Shown in pieces: positions 50,801-62,737 of a stretch of DNA of 64,000 nt (positions within the stretch are counted from its first letter, which is position 1; each line of letters begins with the position of its first letter). A program made the position numbers and the translations under genes. This stretch comes from Podarcis gaigeae (lineage: Eukaryota). The stretch lies in the NCBI GenBank assembly GCA_964106915.2, contig OZ066920.1; one strand, 5' to 3'. The notes below the pieces were generated by a model. It saw only the letters and a program-made list of their open reading frames with translations. It searched no databases and had not been told where the DNA came from.

Positions 50801-53800
50801 AAAATACCTTCCTCCATATGCATGAAACACCACCGACTCTTTTCCTGTACTTATGCATCCAGTGATGGTCTCCAGCATTCCAGAATTGACCATCTTATAC
50901 AAAAGTAAGCGTGTTTTAGGATCTACTGCTTTTTCCTGCACAAGAAGAGCGGGGAAGATAAACTTTTATTATGCTGTATGTTTAGTGCAGATGACAAAAC
51001 GTTCCTTTGATTAATCTACAAGCGCTATGAACTTTAGCTTGATCAGGTGCTTTAAATTTTAAAACTATCCTCTATATATTTTTCTGTATCAATTACTTCA
51101 GTTATGGCATAAAACAACCTACTCAGCAGGTGCAACTCTCAAATAATGTTCTGCTATGACTCCAGAAAAGTCTTAACATTTCCAGTATTCAGATATCAAG
51201 TTTATTCTAAATAATACAGTGCTGCTAAACTATGCAATTTTCATTTTGTCTGAGTCACCAAAACGTACAGCAGTAGAATGTTCCTTCTTCTCATGGAGCC
51301 TGGCGCTTCTACGTTCCTCGGAGTATGCATGCTGCTTTAAGGCATTGAAGACATGATTGGACAATTTTAGGTCCATACCAATTCCATCACCAACTTGAAA
51401 TTCAGGTGCAAACTGTGAAGACAGGTGAAATTCAGTGAATGACATGGAATTTTCTGTGTGTCTGAAAAAGTTGCTGATAGGGGAGACCTACACCTGCAGC
51501 TCAGAACAGCAAAAATAACTTTCCACCATATTATCATAACAATCTAAAGAGAAGACCTATGGGAGAGAGACTCGCTCCAGGCCAGTTTGGGAGCTTTAAG
51601 ACAGAGCAGAAATTTGAACCCAGATCTCTCATGTTCAAGCTTAGCACTTTATCCACTAAAGCACACTGCAGATGACAGTAATGCAGATAATAAATTTTAT
51701 TGTTCTTGATAGAGGCCATGACAAATACAAACTACAACAGATCAATATAGTTATAAGAAAGAATAAAAATATGGGGCAACTATACTATGAACTTCTAGTA
51801 CAGGGTTCGGCTAGATGACACTCATGGTCTATTCCAACTCTACAATTCTATGATCCTATGAAATCCTTCTACGAAAGCATTTAACCAGAGACATTAGGGG
51901 GCATTCCAAGGTAATAGGATACCATGCTCCCTTCTGGATCTGGATCTCTGACACACGCTTCAGAAGCTAAGAGATCATGGCCTAGTTTACATGCCGTGCT
52001 AAATTATGGCTTGTTTAGATGAAGTGTGGCTTGCTGAACCATGGTTTGTTGGCCTCCCAGTGCTGGATACTCACCAAGCTACAGAGGCATGAGGTAAGAG
52101 CAGCTAGAAAACAAATTTAGCTTGGGAGAAAACAAGCCATGACTTGTTTGTTCAACATGCCATGAGTTACCTCACAGATGGGCAAACTATGGTTACAACA
52201 AACCAGGGCTTTGTGTTATGTGCAAATAGAGCCATATAATTGTTTTTAAACAGGTGCATAGAACAAGTTTAAATACTGACATAGATACTATCATGACATT
52301 TGTATCAAGTACTGAGTTATCATGGGAAGTGAAGCAGTATATATCAAGAGTCAACAAGTGTTTTGCAAGTAGTCATGGACCAACCTTGGAACGTCAATCA
52401 TAAACTTAGGACAGAACTTACATTTTCCATTCGAGCAGTATTCTTTCTTCCACACACAACCTCATCATGCTTGGTAGTAATATCTTTTCCTTTTCCTATA
52501 AAGCCTTTCTTGGGAGTAGTAGTGGGCTTATCTATGAATAATAAAAATACTGCACTCAAAATACACTTCCAAGACTAGTAAATGTATGCAACCTTTTTAG
52601 CCACATCCTACAAAGCATTCTAGGGCACAAATTACACTGATGTGATCACTAGATAGATAGAGTTATATCATATGGTTCCCTACACAAACTACCCTGAACC
52701 TTTCCATTTCTTTTGGCTGTTATTTCTTTGCAGCTATAGTGAACAAAAAGGTTTTAGTTCTTAGGGAAGCTTGAGAAAATCTGACACTTTCATAACCCAA
52801 AAAGGGGGCTCATTTAGTAAAGATTTTTTTTGAAATGTGTTGCTAATAATTCATATTTAATCAACATAACTAGAAAATGCATGAACTACTGACAAAGTTA
52901 TTGGAAGGCTGCAGCTTCCCATTCCTGAATCTGTCTCCCAGACAATCTTTGCACAAGAGAAGTAAACATAACTGCTTTACTCACATTCCTTCCTTTTCTT
53001 CTCCTCCCTATACCCTATTCTAAATTTTTAGAATTCAAGCTACAGTTTAGCAGGGATTTGCCTTTTTCTATTGAAAGCACTCCCATGTGCTCTATTAAAC
53101 ATTATAATATTTAAAAGATAACAGCATATTATGTAATTCACAGCATGATCTTCATTAAGCAGTTGCCAATGGCCTCACAAAACACTTTTTCAGGATCCTA
53201 CAATATGAAAAACTTTGCTTATAGAAATGGTACATTTCATATGTTTTTAATCCAAATGGTACCTGCTCTATAAGGATCATGACGAGTATCCTGCCAATCA
53301 ACCTCATCTTCAGAGCTGTCACTGTCTTCAAAAGGATGTACCTTGCGGTAGTTCTCAAAAGATATGGACACTTGAGAAATAGAAACAAAAATGTATATGA
53401 GTTAACAGTTGTTAGAAGGGCCACTAAGAAACAGAAAGATTCACCCTTACAAAGAAATCATGACTCATGATAGTAACCTTTGCTATCTCCGTTGAACTTC
53501 TTTTCTTCACGTCGAAGCTGTGCATCAAACTCTCTATCAAATTCCATTTGCAGCATTTGTGCCAGCATCAAGTCACTGGAAGTATCAATATTCTCCCCAC
53601 TAATAAATGATCCTTCAACAGCCCTGGATATGAGAGACCAAAAGAGAACACTTAGCGGGACAATTCAGCCCTTGGTACTCCAACTAAGAATATAGTACAT
53701 TTTTAGCTGCCATATAATATACGTTGCAGAGGAGGAAGTTGATTGCTTTGTGTAATTAAAAAGGAAGGAGGTGGCTATGCAATTTCTTGATTTTAAAGGA

Positions 53801-56231
53801 GCCTGGCAGGACACTAAATAATTTCCACACAGTATACAACATGGAGTGTGGTAATTCTACTCCCTTCCTTTTGAATACAGCTCACTTAAAACAAGGAAGC
53901 AATTCAGACTCTTTTAGGCACCTTGTGTAAGATGAGTCATTTCACTAGGCACCAACTTTTTTCCTCTCTCAAACCTGAAGAGAAAGCTATAGCAGCAGCA
54001 GGTAGGAAGGGTCGTAACTAGCTTTTTTACCCCAACGAAAATACTTTGTCAAGCCCCAATACTGACTTTAGCTATTGCTACAATAGTTTCCCAAAAATCA
54101 CACTCACCATCTGACTCTATGCATATGTACTCAGAAGTTCTACTTATGTAATATATACTTCCAAGTACAAGTGTGAAGAATTGCATCTGTAAAAAAAAAA
54201 ATACAGGATCCCACTAACAATTAACTAAGTCTGTAATAAGAATTCATAATGTAAGGACGTTCAACTTACGATACCACTTCAGGAAAAGAAGAATTTTCTT
54301 CCTCTAACTGTAACTCTTTAGCTAGCTGCTCACTCATGACATCAGCAAAGGAACATGATATTGTGGTGTTTTTAGGAGTTCCCCATGGACACTGCAACAA
54401 AAATAGGTATCTTTTTGGCTATGGATAAGACAGATAATTTTTCTTTGCATAAAATCCTGATGTCACATTTCTTTGTATAGATACACGGAAATACAATGTG
54501 TAAAATGAATCCAGTCTTGTGAAGTCACAGAAGTGAGTCTTACTACTTTTTATTTAAAGACTGAATAATGCCTTTAAAAAATATACATAAAAATATATCA
54601 GCATTTAAAATATGAGAGCTGTTTAAATATTTGCCTCTATAATTCACTCAATTTCTGTTTCAGATCTGAAATTGTCACTTTCTCCACTTAAATAACTGAA
54701 CATGTCCAGGATAAGACAGTCTCCCCCTGTTTTTTCACTGATCATTGCCAACACTGTTAGAAACCGAGATATGAAAACTAGGAACTAAATGACACCTTAA
54801 ACCTAGGTTATGGGCACAACAATGGGGTGTCTAGACACACTTTTTATAACAAGAATACAAAGCTGAAAATGAATGAACTGCAGCTAAAATATCATGTTCA
54901 TTTTTCACATGGTCTAGTCCTTCCCCTGCCCACACCTTAATATCCTTAAGAGGGTCTCTTCTCCAGTCTTCAGAGAGTAACTGGAAGTGGGGAGGCAGAA
55001 AAAGGTCCTCCTTTCCTTCCATTCTGCAGTTTTAATCTGAAATCTCAGGCGCAATACTGCGCCTGGAGCTCAGAAACTGTTCATGCTAATGAAATTCCCT
55101 GTCGCAAAATGTGCTTAGAACAATGGGAGTTTCAAACACTGAGTGCCATCTATGAATGATCCTACAAAATACCTACTGATAAAAATCAAAGGGTTTGATT
55201 AGCGGAGGAATATGTGTCCACACTGATCAAAGATCCACATGACAGAGAACAAATGCTTTTTACCATGCCAACTTTATTGATAAAGGACCAAAGGTCTGGC
55301 TTACAAAGAACTCTTCTCTCAGAAATTCATGTTACATAACACTAAGGCTGATCTTGCTGTTCTGAACTAGATTGCAGCCTATCTGCTCCAGCTTACATTA
55401 GTAAGATCATTGAGAGTTAGGAATTATTAAGAATTTGTAAAACAGCTGTTACTTTAAACGTTACAGCAGCACACCCATAAATCTAATTTATGAATGATGG
55501 ACCAGTTAATGGTCCCTCTCAATGAATACCAGGTTTCAGAGCACTACAAATGACTTACTTGGCTCTGAGCCCAGCACCATATCCATCTGTAGCCTCTTAT
55601 CAGAAGACTGACAAACAGGCAAGCTTATCTGAGCATAGACTCAGATAAGGGGTCACTTCGGCCAATAAAACCCGCGCCCCCCCCCTACCCGTCCCAACCA
55701 GTGTGGCGGGAGAGGAGGCAAAGCCAAAGCCTCCTTCTCTGGAGGCCTGACGCCTCCTTTACACCCGCAGAAGGACGAGGCGGGTAGAATTACACGAAGT
55801 GAGTGGGCTGTACCACTTCAGGTTCCGCGAGGGGAGACAGCGTCGTTTTTCTTAACAGTCACAACATTCCCTGAGAGAAAACCAAGAGTGTGTGAGAGAG
55901 AGAGGCCGGGGGGGGGGGGGAGATTTCATTTTGTTTCCTCTCAGGGAATTACGCGACGAGGCCTCCGCTCTACCCGCTTATCAATGGGGGGATCCTCGCC
56001 GCCGCCGCCGCCGCCCTTCAATGCCTGAAGCGACGACGGCGCCCACCCCGCCACCTCAGGCCTCCCCCGCTGGCTCTCGTTCTGGGGGCGGCTGGATCTA
56101 GACCAGGCCTGAAGAAATTCCTCGGACACGGCCGTCGCCGGCCTTCCCCGCCTCACCTTGCTTTGGGGCCAAGCTGGACTCGCGCTCGCCTCAGGAGCGG
56201 GGACGACAGCAGCGATTGCTCCGGGCTCCAT
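44751..56231 (-). CDS. RIOK3: RIO kinase 3 (atypical Ser/Thr kinase), complete, 13 exons, 522 aa
   Basis: complement join(56157-56231,54270-54391,53478-53623,53263-53370,52422-52531,51269-51412,50808-50935,50179-50367,48889-49048,47719-47799,47545-47634,46909-47016,44751-44858) = 1569 nt in frame. RIO motifs: STGKESVVFHA, AIKVF, LVHADLSEYNML, LIDVSQS. Confidence 0.97.
46127..46489 (-). mobile_element. Sauria SINE (different subfamily), full length with 12-bp TSD
   Basis: TSD CAGATCAAGTTA at 46115-46126 and 46490-46501; (AAAGGT)n on +; B-box GGTTCGAATCC on -. Confidence 0.9.
46909..47016 (-). CDS. RIOK3: RIOK3 exon 12
   Basis: FFQKNGVSETLGERELFNAVSGLNLAADNEVDFLAE. Confidence 0.93.
47545..47634 (-). 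CDS. RIOK3: RIOK3 exon 11
   Basis: [30 protein letters not shown]. Confidence 0.95.
47719..47799 (-). CDS. RIOK3: RIOK3 exon 10 (catalytic loop)
   Basis: MMQQLYKECSLVHADLSEYNMLWQGGK. Confidence 0.95.
48144..48270. mobile_element. Penelope-like element terminal fragment with inversion (perfect palindrome)
   Basis: 32-bp arms at 48156-48187 and 48189-48220; ends ACTATGGCAGACCAACACGGCTACC; flanked by the 15-bp direct repeat ACTACACTAAGAAAA. Family assignment is from recalled squamate Penelope termini. Confidence 0.65.
48889..49048 (-). CDS. RIOK3: RIOK3 exon 9
   Basis: MQAAGIPCPEVVTLKKHVLVMSFIG...KAYYQVLH. Confidence 0.95.
49328..49582 (+). mobile_element. tRNA-derived SINE (Squam3-like) with (CTT)n tail
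   Basis: A-box TGGTGTAGTGG, B-box-like GGGTTCGCATCTC, GTGACCTTGGGCTAGTCAC core, (TCT)n tail. Confidence 0.78.
50179..50367 (-). CDS. RIOK3: RIOK3 exon 8
   Basis: LGEDASTIPSECAIKVFKTTLNEFKNRDKYIKDDYRF...WAEKEMHNLK. Confidence 0.93.
50808..50935 (-). CDS. RIOK3: RIOK3 exon 7
   Basis: EKAVDPKTRLLLYKMVNSGMLETITGCISTGKESVVFHAYGG. Confidence 0.95.
51269..51412 (-). CDS. RIOK3: RIOK3 exon 6
   Basis: FAPEFQVGDGIGMDLKLSNHVFNALKQHAYSEERRSARLHEKKEHSTA. Confidence 0.95.
52422..52531 (-). CDS. RIOK3: RIOK3 exon 5
   Basis: KPTTTPKKGFIGKGKDITTKHDEVVCGRKNTARMEN. Confidence 0.93.
53263..53370 (-). CDS. RIOK3: RIOK3 exon 4
   Basis: VSISFENYRKVHPFEDSDSSEDEVDWQDTRHDPYRA. Confidence 0.93.
53478..53623 (-). 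CDS. RIOK3: RIOK3 exon 3
   Basis: ENIDTSSDLMLAQMLQMEFDREFDAQLRREEKKFNGDSK. Confidence 0.93.
54270..54391 (-). CDS. RIOK3: RIOK3 exon 2
   Basis: CPWGTPKNTTISCSFADVMSEQLAKELQLEEE. Confidence 0.92.
56157..56231 (-). CDS. RIOK3: RIOK3 exon 1
   Basis: MEPGAIAAVVPAPEASASPAWPQSK|gtgagg. Confidence 0.85.
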
Positions 56232-56406
56232 GTTAGGCGTGCAAAGGAACGGAGATGGACGTCGAGAGAAGGAAGAGCAGCAACAGGGTAAGAGGGCGCC
56301 TGGCAGAAATAAAACTTCTTCCGGCTTCTTCTCCGCTCGCCTCAACTCCTCCCGCCCCTTCGCCGTCGGCGCTGGCTGCCTATTGGTTCGCCGAGTGCAC
56401 GTCCCG

Positions 56407-56421
56407 GTGACGTCACTTCCT
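56407..56421 (-). promoter_or_regulatory. Overlapping ETS-CRE composite element
   Basis: The - strand reads AGGAAGTGACGTCAC: a perfect palindromic CRE (TGACGTCA) overlapping a GGAAGT ETS core. Confidence 0.6.
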
Positions 56422-57599
56422 TTGGAATCTCCCCTGCCATGAGAGGCTTTTGTGTTGCTGTTGGCCGCTTCGCTTCCTCTTTTGTCGTACGGATAAAATC
56501 ACTCCGTCCCTTTCATTCGTTTATGGCACTGTTTTCTCACAATGCCGTGAAAATAAACCACTGTCCAAAGAACTACCGTAAATTAGCGCTGGAACCTACG
56601 CTTTTGAATAAATGGGAACACGAATGGCTCCTCAGCGATGACCTTTAAATCCATCTTCTCTTTCAGATGAGAAATGCCTGTCATTTGGGATTCGGCACCC
56701 CCACGACTCGGGTTTCTTTTTCAATCACAGTCTGCAGCTCTGGGGTTCACCATTGGGAAGCATCATAACTAAGACTTGCCCTTGTCCACTTCCTATAGAT
56801 TTTTTTTTAAGTGTGCATGGACAGGTGCAGAAATATTTGTGCCCATGTTCAAGAGTGAGAAAAGGCAGTAAAAAGTGGGGGAGAAGTTGAGATGAGGGAC
56901 CAGAACACACAGCACAGAAATAGGACAGCTCATAGCTGTGGACAGGAAACAGCAGTGTTTTTCCGTCCTGTTTATTGAACACTTATCCTATCCTACACTT
57001 TCCAGTGCATTTAGTTGTCTTTTTCTTATTACAAATAAGTCTGATCTTCTGAGAAAACAGGTGTGAATCACTAGCAAAAGCACCCTTCAACTGAATGTAC
57101 TGTATATGGACATTTGCGAATCAATCACGCAAGCGCACAGAATTGGAACCTAATTAACCATTTGTAAGGCAGCACCCCATCTGGAAGATATGTGGAGCAC
57201 TTTGTAGTTTTCATTGTATTTTTTTTTTAAGAAATAGTCAATTTGTTGACTGCTAAATTGTTGTTAACGTCAGTTAACGGGGTTATTTAAATAAATATAT
57301 AGTACAATTATTCGTTTACACCAGTGGCGCTGTGTTAGTTTCACATTATCCAAGTGCACCATAAAATGTACCAAAAGATAAAAAAATTTCAAGAGAAACC
57401 AAGACACTTAAGCTGCGCGTTTCTATGCTCTCACTCCCTTGTGTTAGTCTGCTGAAGCAAAAACAACAAAGAATCCTGTAGCTCTAAAAGGCTAAAAGCT
57501 TTATTGTGGCATAAGCACGCAAGACAATTCATCTTTACATGGATACTGGGTGGAGGAGCAGCTTCCTTGTTTATAAAGTTTCTGATCCTTTGAAAGGAG

Positions 57600-58480
57600 T
57601 TTCCATGGCCCGGGCGAGCAAACATAAGTCTATAATACATGTGCTTCCTCCGATTTTCGTCTTTAATCCTAAAATCTACGGTATTTGTTTTCTTCCGTTT
57701 GGAGTTCTTGCATTTTCTCCACTGCCGCCTCCAACGATAACCTTCTGCTCTGGAAATCTGAGGACAGCCGGCAAAAAAAAAACCACTTCGGGAAGAAGAA
57801 ATGTGGAGTCCAAGCGGCACCCATCTCAGAAAGGACTAACCAGCCAGACGGTGTATAAACGCATCATAAACGGGATTGAGGCCGCGTAGAGAGGAACGGG
57901 GAGAGCGGCGCCGCATTCTTTTCCTTCCGCCCTGGAGAAACCGTTGCCCCTTTAAGAAGGCGGTTTCTGGGGCCCTTTTCTCCGCGCCCATTGGAGCAGA
58001 CTCCAGAGCAACGTGTCTCTGTCATGGCAGCCGCATGCAGTCGCTCTTCCTGGCAGGTCGCAGCAGTCGGGAGAAAGTGCCTTTCTTCCCTGTCCCCGGA
58101 CTGGTGAAATGATTTGACAGATGTATTTAAAGAGACCTGCAACTGGTCTCGCCTTCTGTTTGTTCTACTTGTCTTCTTATTTCACCAACAAGGTGAGGCT
58201 GAGAGAGCTCCGCTGGTTTAAACTGCCCTTTATTTCGACTTAAAATTTTTCACAGGGTCGCAAGTTTTGACTGGTCTGCTAGTTTTTATACCTTGGAAAA
58301 TCGAACACACTGTTTGCCTTTTCTCTCCAGCACCGGCGAACTTGTGTTTCCCTGCGAGACAATGAAAAGCTGCTCATGGATTTTCAGTTTCTTTCGAGAA
58401 CTGACTTTTCTCCTCGCAGCGACTTGCAGCTATCGACTTTCCTTTAGCCCACTCTTAAACCCCACACGGAATGGGGGAGA
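57600..58480. promoter_or_regulatory. CpG island / TMEM241 promoter
   Basis: CpG-rich region around the first coding exon of TMEM241. Confidence 0.7.
58121..58192 (+). CDS. TMEM241: TMEM241 coding exon 1
   Basis: MYLKRPATGLAFCLFYLSSYFTNK|gtgagg. Confidence 0.88.
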
Positions 58481-60418
58481 GGACGGAAGAGTCCTCACAT
58501 TTATCCCTGGAAAGCAAGAGTTTAATGAATAAACTAAATTAATGGCTTTATATAGTTGCCTTAAGTGAAGGATAAAGTAGAAATACTTCTAGGGCTGTGT
58601 AAGAACTCTTAACAAAACTCAAAACAATTAAAAATCATGCACAAAAGGTCATATGGGGTTATCACATCCCACTCAGCCTTAAAGTATATACATACAGACA
58701 ATAAAACATGCTCTCAAGCGATAAGAAAATTGTGGCAGTTTTATCTGTATTATCATTTCAAAGCACAACGTTTTTTGATAGTTTGTATACACTGCAAGTC
58801 TTAAATATTTAGGTTTAGGACTCTGGGTTTTAACTATTAAGAAAGAATTACAGATTTCTTCCATTTAAATGTGTTGGCTTTCCCACCCTATAATGTTTGA
58901 CCAGACTCTTAAAACAAGCCTTCCCAGTTAGGTTTTTTTTAATGCTTATGGCTTCTTGATCTTGGAGTTTCTTCATTTTTGGCACTGAAGTTAGGAGAAA
59001 GAAAAAAACTAGACACATTTACTTGGGAGCAAGTCTCAATGAGGTACTTCAATACAAGCTTCAGACAATTTTGTTCCCTCCTCTGTGACAAGTGAAATGT
59101 GTAACCTTTCCAGGATCTACAGCCACTTCCAGACCTAATCTGTTGCTGCAAAATCAAGAAAAGTCTTTGCAGTTCCTTAAAAACTAAGGCTGCAATCCAA
59201 ACCCTATTTACATTGGAGTAAGCCCCATTGAATTCAGTAGGACATACTTCTGAGTAGACATGGTTAGGATTGTTCTGTATTAACTTTTGTGGACTAGATC
59301 TGACAAAGTGAACTGTAGTTCAACAAAGTTTGTTTGGAACACAAATGCCTGACCGAACGTGTCTTCCTGCCTGCCCCCCATCTGCTTGTGTCATGAGATC
59401 TTTAATAGAGACCCTTTTCTTGAGCACATTCCTTCATGGAGATGTGTTTTGTATGCACCAAGGAGAGGCCACTTCTGTGGCCATACCACATATTTGGATC
59501 TGAGAGGTACCTGGCACTGACCGCCTTTTTGTGCCAAGTTAAAACATTTCTATTTGCTCAGGTATTTTAAAGAGTTATATTGCCTTAATCTGCTTTTAGT
59601 TTGTATAGTCTTGTTTTGCCCCATAGTCTATAAATTGTTTGACAAATGTGTTATTGCATCTGTAGCTTTAATTAATTCTTATATTTATTGTATTCTGTTC
59701 TGGAATCCACTGAAGGACAGCTTAGAAGCAGTTTACATAAATAAAATAAATTAGGCCATCTTGTATTTGTTAGTCTTTAAGGTGCTGCAAGTCTTTTTAG
59801 CATCTTTCTAGCATCTGTTACCTTTAAAACAGAAAAGACTGGAGTCTTGCAACTTCCTTTAGAAAAATCAGATTATAGGAATACAGGGATGGATGAGAAG
59901 CAACAGGCTGTGGTATTTTCAAGGCAGAAAGCAAATGAACAACGAAGTTCAAGGGGGAAAGTATGTAAGAATAGCATGTAATTTAATCAACCAAATTAAA
60001 TTACTTGTAGTGTGTGTGTGTGTGTGTGTGTGTGTACTGTGTGTATATATATGTTGCTTTGGTTTGGTTTATGATTAAGGCAGAACCAGCAAAGGTCATG
60101 ATAATCCTATGCAACAGGTAGCTTCTAAGGCTTTACTTTGAATCTTCTTCAGCTTACAATGTCTACTTGTAACTCCTATGTTTGAATTACAGGAAAAAAA
60201 TGTACATCTGATAAGCCAATGAGTTTGGTAGATTCTCTTACTTGAAGTGGTCACTTAGTTAATTCAAATTGCACTCATTAATAAATGAGTTCTGTCCCAA
60301 GTAGCCTATTCAGGTCAGGGCTAGCTATGACTTGTTTCTTTTTATTTTTATGGCTGGGTTCTGTTTCATTGTCTGATCCATTGCATCCATTGATTTCTGT
60401 TAAAATTACTTGAAAAGT

Positions 60419-60454
<36 letters not shown>

Positions 60455-61979
60455 ACTATCCCCTAACTTGGTGTTTTGTCTTCCAGTATGTTCTGTCTGT
60501 CCTGAAATTCACCTACCCTACTCTTTTTCAAGGGTAAGTATTTCAAAAGCGCATTAAAAATGACAGAATAAGTAGGTAGCTGTACCAGACAGAGGCTAAT
60601 GCTGGTGTCTCATATAATTGTTGTATATCATCTGGGAAACTCCTATATGTTTTGTTGTTACAACATGTTATTCACTTGTCCTAATTCTCAGCTCTCTGCT
60701 TCTATGCTATTTTTTCACCAGCCCCGCCTTGTAGCTGAGGGGGAAGGAATGTGCCATTTTCCAATTTTTAATAACTTTCACTCCCCATTTCAAATGTTCA
60801 AGTACTTCAAATATGTCAAATCCTATGGTCAGTCTACTTCCCACAAAACAGCAGAGAAAGGTTGTACAAAGGCAGTTTAACCAAAATCACAAGGCTGATG
60901 GCAGAGTGCTCAAACTGTTCTGAGGAAGAGGTTTGATTGGTGGTTTAAAATTGGCAGCTATGGAGGGAAAGGGGAGGCCAAGACCAAGATGGTGGGAAAG
61001 AGAGTTCTTATTTTCACAGTGGCTTCTGAAAGTCTCTGTCAAGTTACATCAGTTCTTAAGATTCTGTGTGACAAACCCAGACAAAACAAATGTAAGCTGA
61101 TGATTATTTGAGTGAGGATTATCTAATTATGCATGAGGTAAAAAAAGTGAATAGAGAGTCTCCAGTAAGACTAGAAAATGGGATCACTCAGTTAAACTGA
61201 TGGGCAGTAGACCAGATTGACCATGTTGTGTGGGGGAGCTGACATAATGCCCTTCAGATGATGTTGAACAACAACTCCCATTATGACTATTGCCCATGCT
61301 GCTTGGGCCGTGTGGAAGTTGGAGCCCAAAAACATGTGGAGGGCATGATATTGACGACCCTTGCTGTAGTGGCTTGCTTTGGGCCACCCAACAAGTTCAT
61401 AGCAGGACTCATAGCTTATGCTGCTTACCTGACACTAATTCATATATTATTATAATATATATGCATCCTAATCCATATTTGCATTGCATATGTTGGATAT
61501 ACAAACTAGCTTCAGTGTCACTTCTGCAAATGGTCTTAGAGGAGAAGTTGGCTTAAGCTCTGTTCCCCGTGGCCTCACAACAGGTGGAATCTTTGATTTC
61601 AGAATTTAGCAGAGTAAAAGGTTTGTGGTTTTGCTCCACTTAAGCAGCTGATGCTCTAACTACAGGCGCAGGTGCATCTACTGGCTCTGCAGCAGCCCAA
61701 GTTGCCTGTTAGGAATATAATTTGTTGTTTTGTTCCATTGTCATAATTTTATTTTGTTGTCCTTTATACTGCCAGTCCAATGACTGAAGGCAGCATATGA
61801 TCAGACTGTGTCACTCATGGAAGAAGCCTCCACTGTGAGTAATAATTGACTTAAATAATTGATTGTTTAGAAACAGAACATTGTACGTGTTTCAATTGCA
61901 GCTGGCAGACACTAGTTGGTGGATTTCTCCTACACATTTCCTGGAAGATTGGCTGGACTGAGATCAGCAGCAGTTCAAG
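58121..61979 (+). CDS. TMEM241: Transmembrane protein 241 / SLC35D4 nucleotide-sugar transporter, 3'-partial (coding exons 1-3)
   Basis: join(58121-58192,60487-60533,61902-61979) gives MYLKRPATGLAFCLFYLSSYFTNK-YVLSVLKFTYPTLFQG-WQTLVGGFLLHISWKIGWTEISSSS. This matches the recalled TMEM241 N-terminus, and the gene sits divergently next to RIOK3 as in the conserved block. Confidence 0.9.
60421..60450. repeat. (GT)15 microsatellite
   Basis: Read directly; a second (GT)n lies at about 60010-60035. Confidence 0.95.
60487..60533 (+). CDS. TMEM241: TMEM241 coding exon 2
   Basis: ttccag|YVLSVLKFTYPTLFQG|gtaagt. Confidence 0.92.
61902..61979 (+). CDS. TMEM241: TMEM241 coding exon 3
   Basis: ttgcag|WQTLVGGFLLHISWKIGWTEISSSS|gtacaa. 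Confidence 0.9.
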
Positions 61980-62419
61980 GTACAATGAAATTGCAGTGTA
62001 AAAATATACAGATGGTATTCCAATTAATATTCACTGGAATATGTGTCATCTCAGATACTTGGCTGTGGTTTTTACCCCATAATGTTGCAAGAACTGTGTA
62101 GTGGTAAAATAATAATAATAAACATGCGCACACTTTTTTCTGTATGTAACTGGAGTGTTTTCTTTATGCTTTTATATAACTTTGCGCATATACTCATGAG
62201 ACCATAGGATAGGCCACAGTTTCATCAAGTGTCTGTGCACAAATGTGTAGGCTTTTCTTTTCCAGCCCCCTGTCCCATTCTTATATAATTAGCATGGTCA
62301 AATGGAGATACTTCCCAACTCTATAGGGCATTTTAGATTGCATACAATCTAGAACTGAGAAATCTGCTGTTTGCATCTTAGTATGCAAGATCACTTACTT
62401 GCTGTTTGACTGTCTAGCC

Positions 62420-62555
62420 CAGGCATCCCCAAATGCGGCCCTTCAGATGTTTTAGGACTACAACTCCCATCATCCCTAGCTAACAAGACCAGTGGTCAGG
62501 GATGATGGGAACTGTAGTCCCAAAACATCTGGAGGGCCGAGTTTGGGGGTGCCTG
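62420..62555. mobile_element. Palindromic hAT-type MITE
   Basis: TIR CAGGCATCCCCAAA / TTTGGGGGTGCCTG; internal ACTACAACTCCCATCATCC inverted pair; TSD GTCTAGCC/GTCTTGCC. Decayed relatives at about 12510-12630, 19777-19888 and 61240-61365. Confidence 0.8.
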
Positions 62556-62737
62556 GTCTTGCCCAATTATGAACTGTTTGGGATACCGTTTTAGGTATAG
62601 CTGATTTATTCCATGGAAATCTAGTCTGATGTTTAAATGAAAGGCATCCACATTGAACACATTAAAAAAACCAACTCTCATGAATTTGAGAGGCAAAAAC
62701 CCACAGAAAAAAATACTTCATTTTGTCCAGGGTTATG

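Larger units (their letters stand above)
55660..56600. promoter_or_regulatory. CpG island / RIOK3 promoter
   Basis: CpG-rich; GC box near 56351, CCAAT on - at 56382-56386, CCGGAAG on - at 56318-56324, CRE at 56408-56415. Confidence 0.8.

Noticed and set aside
56232-56345. In-frame TTG-initiated extension of RIOK3
   Set aside because: It has no resemblance to known RIOK3 N-termini and is best explained as a GC-rich 5'UTR.
57438-57545. Possible hammerhead ribozyme in the Penelope-like remnant
   Set aside because: The CTGANGA and GAAA core boxes are not recognisable in this decayed copy, and other CTGATGA hits in the window lack flanking stems.
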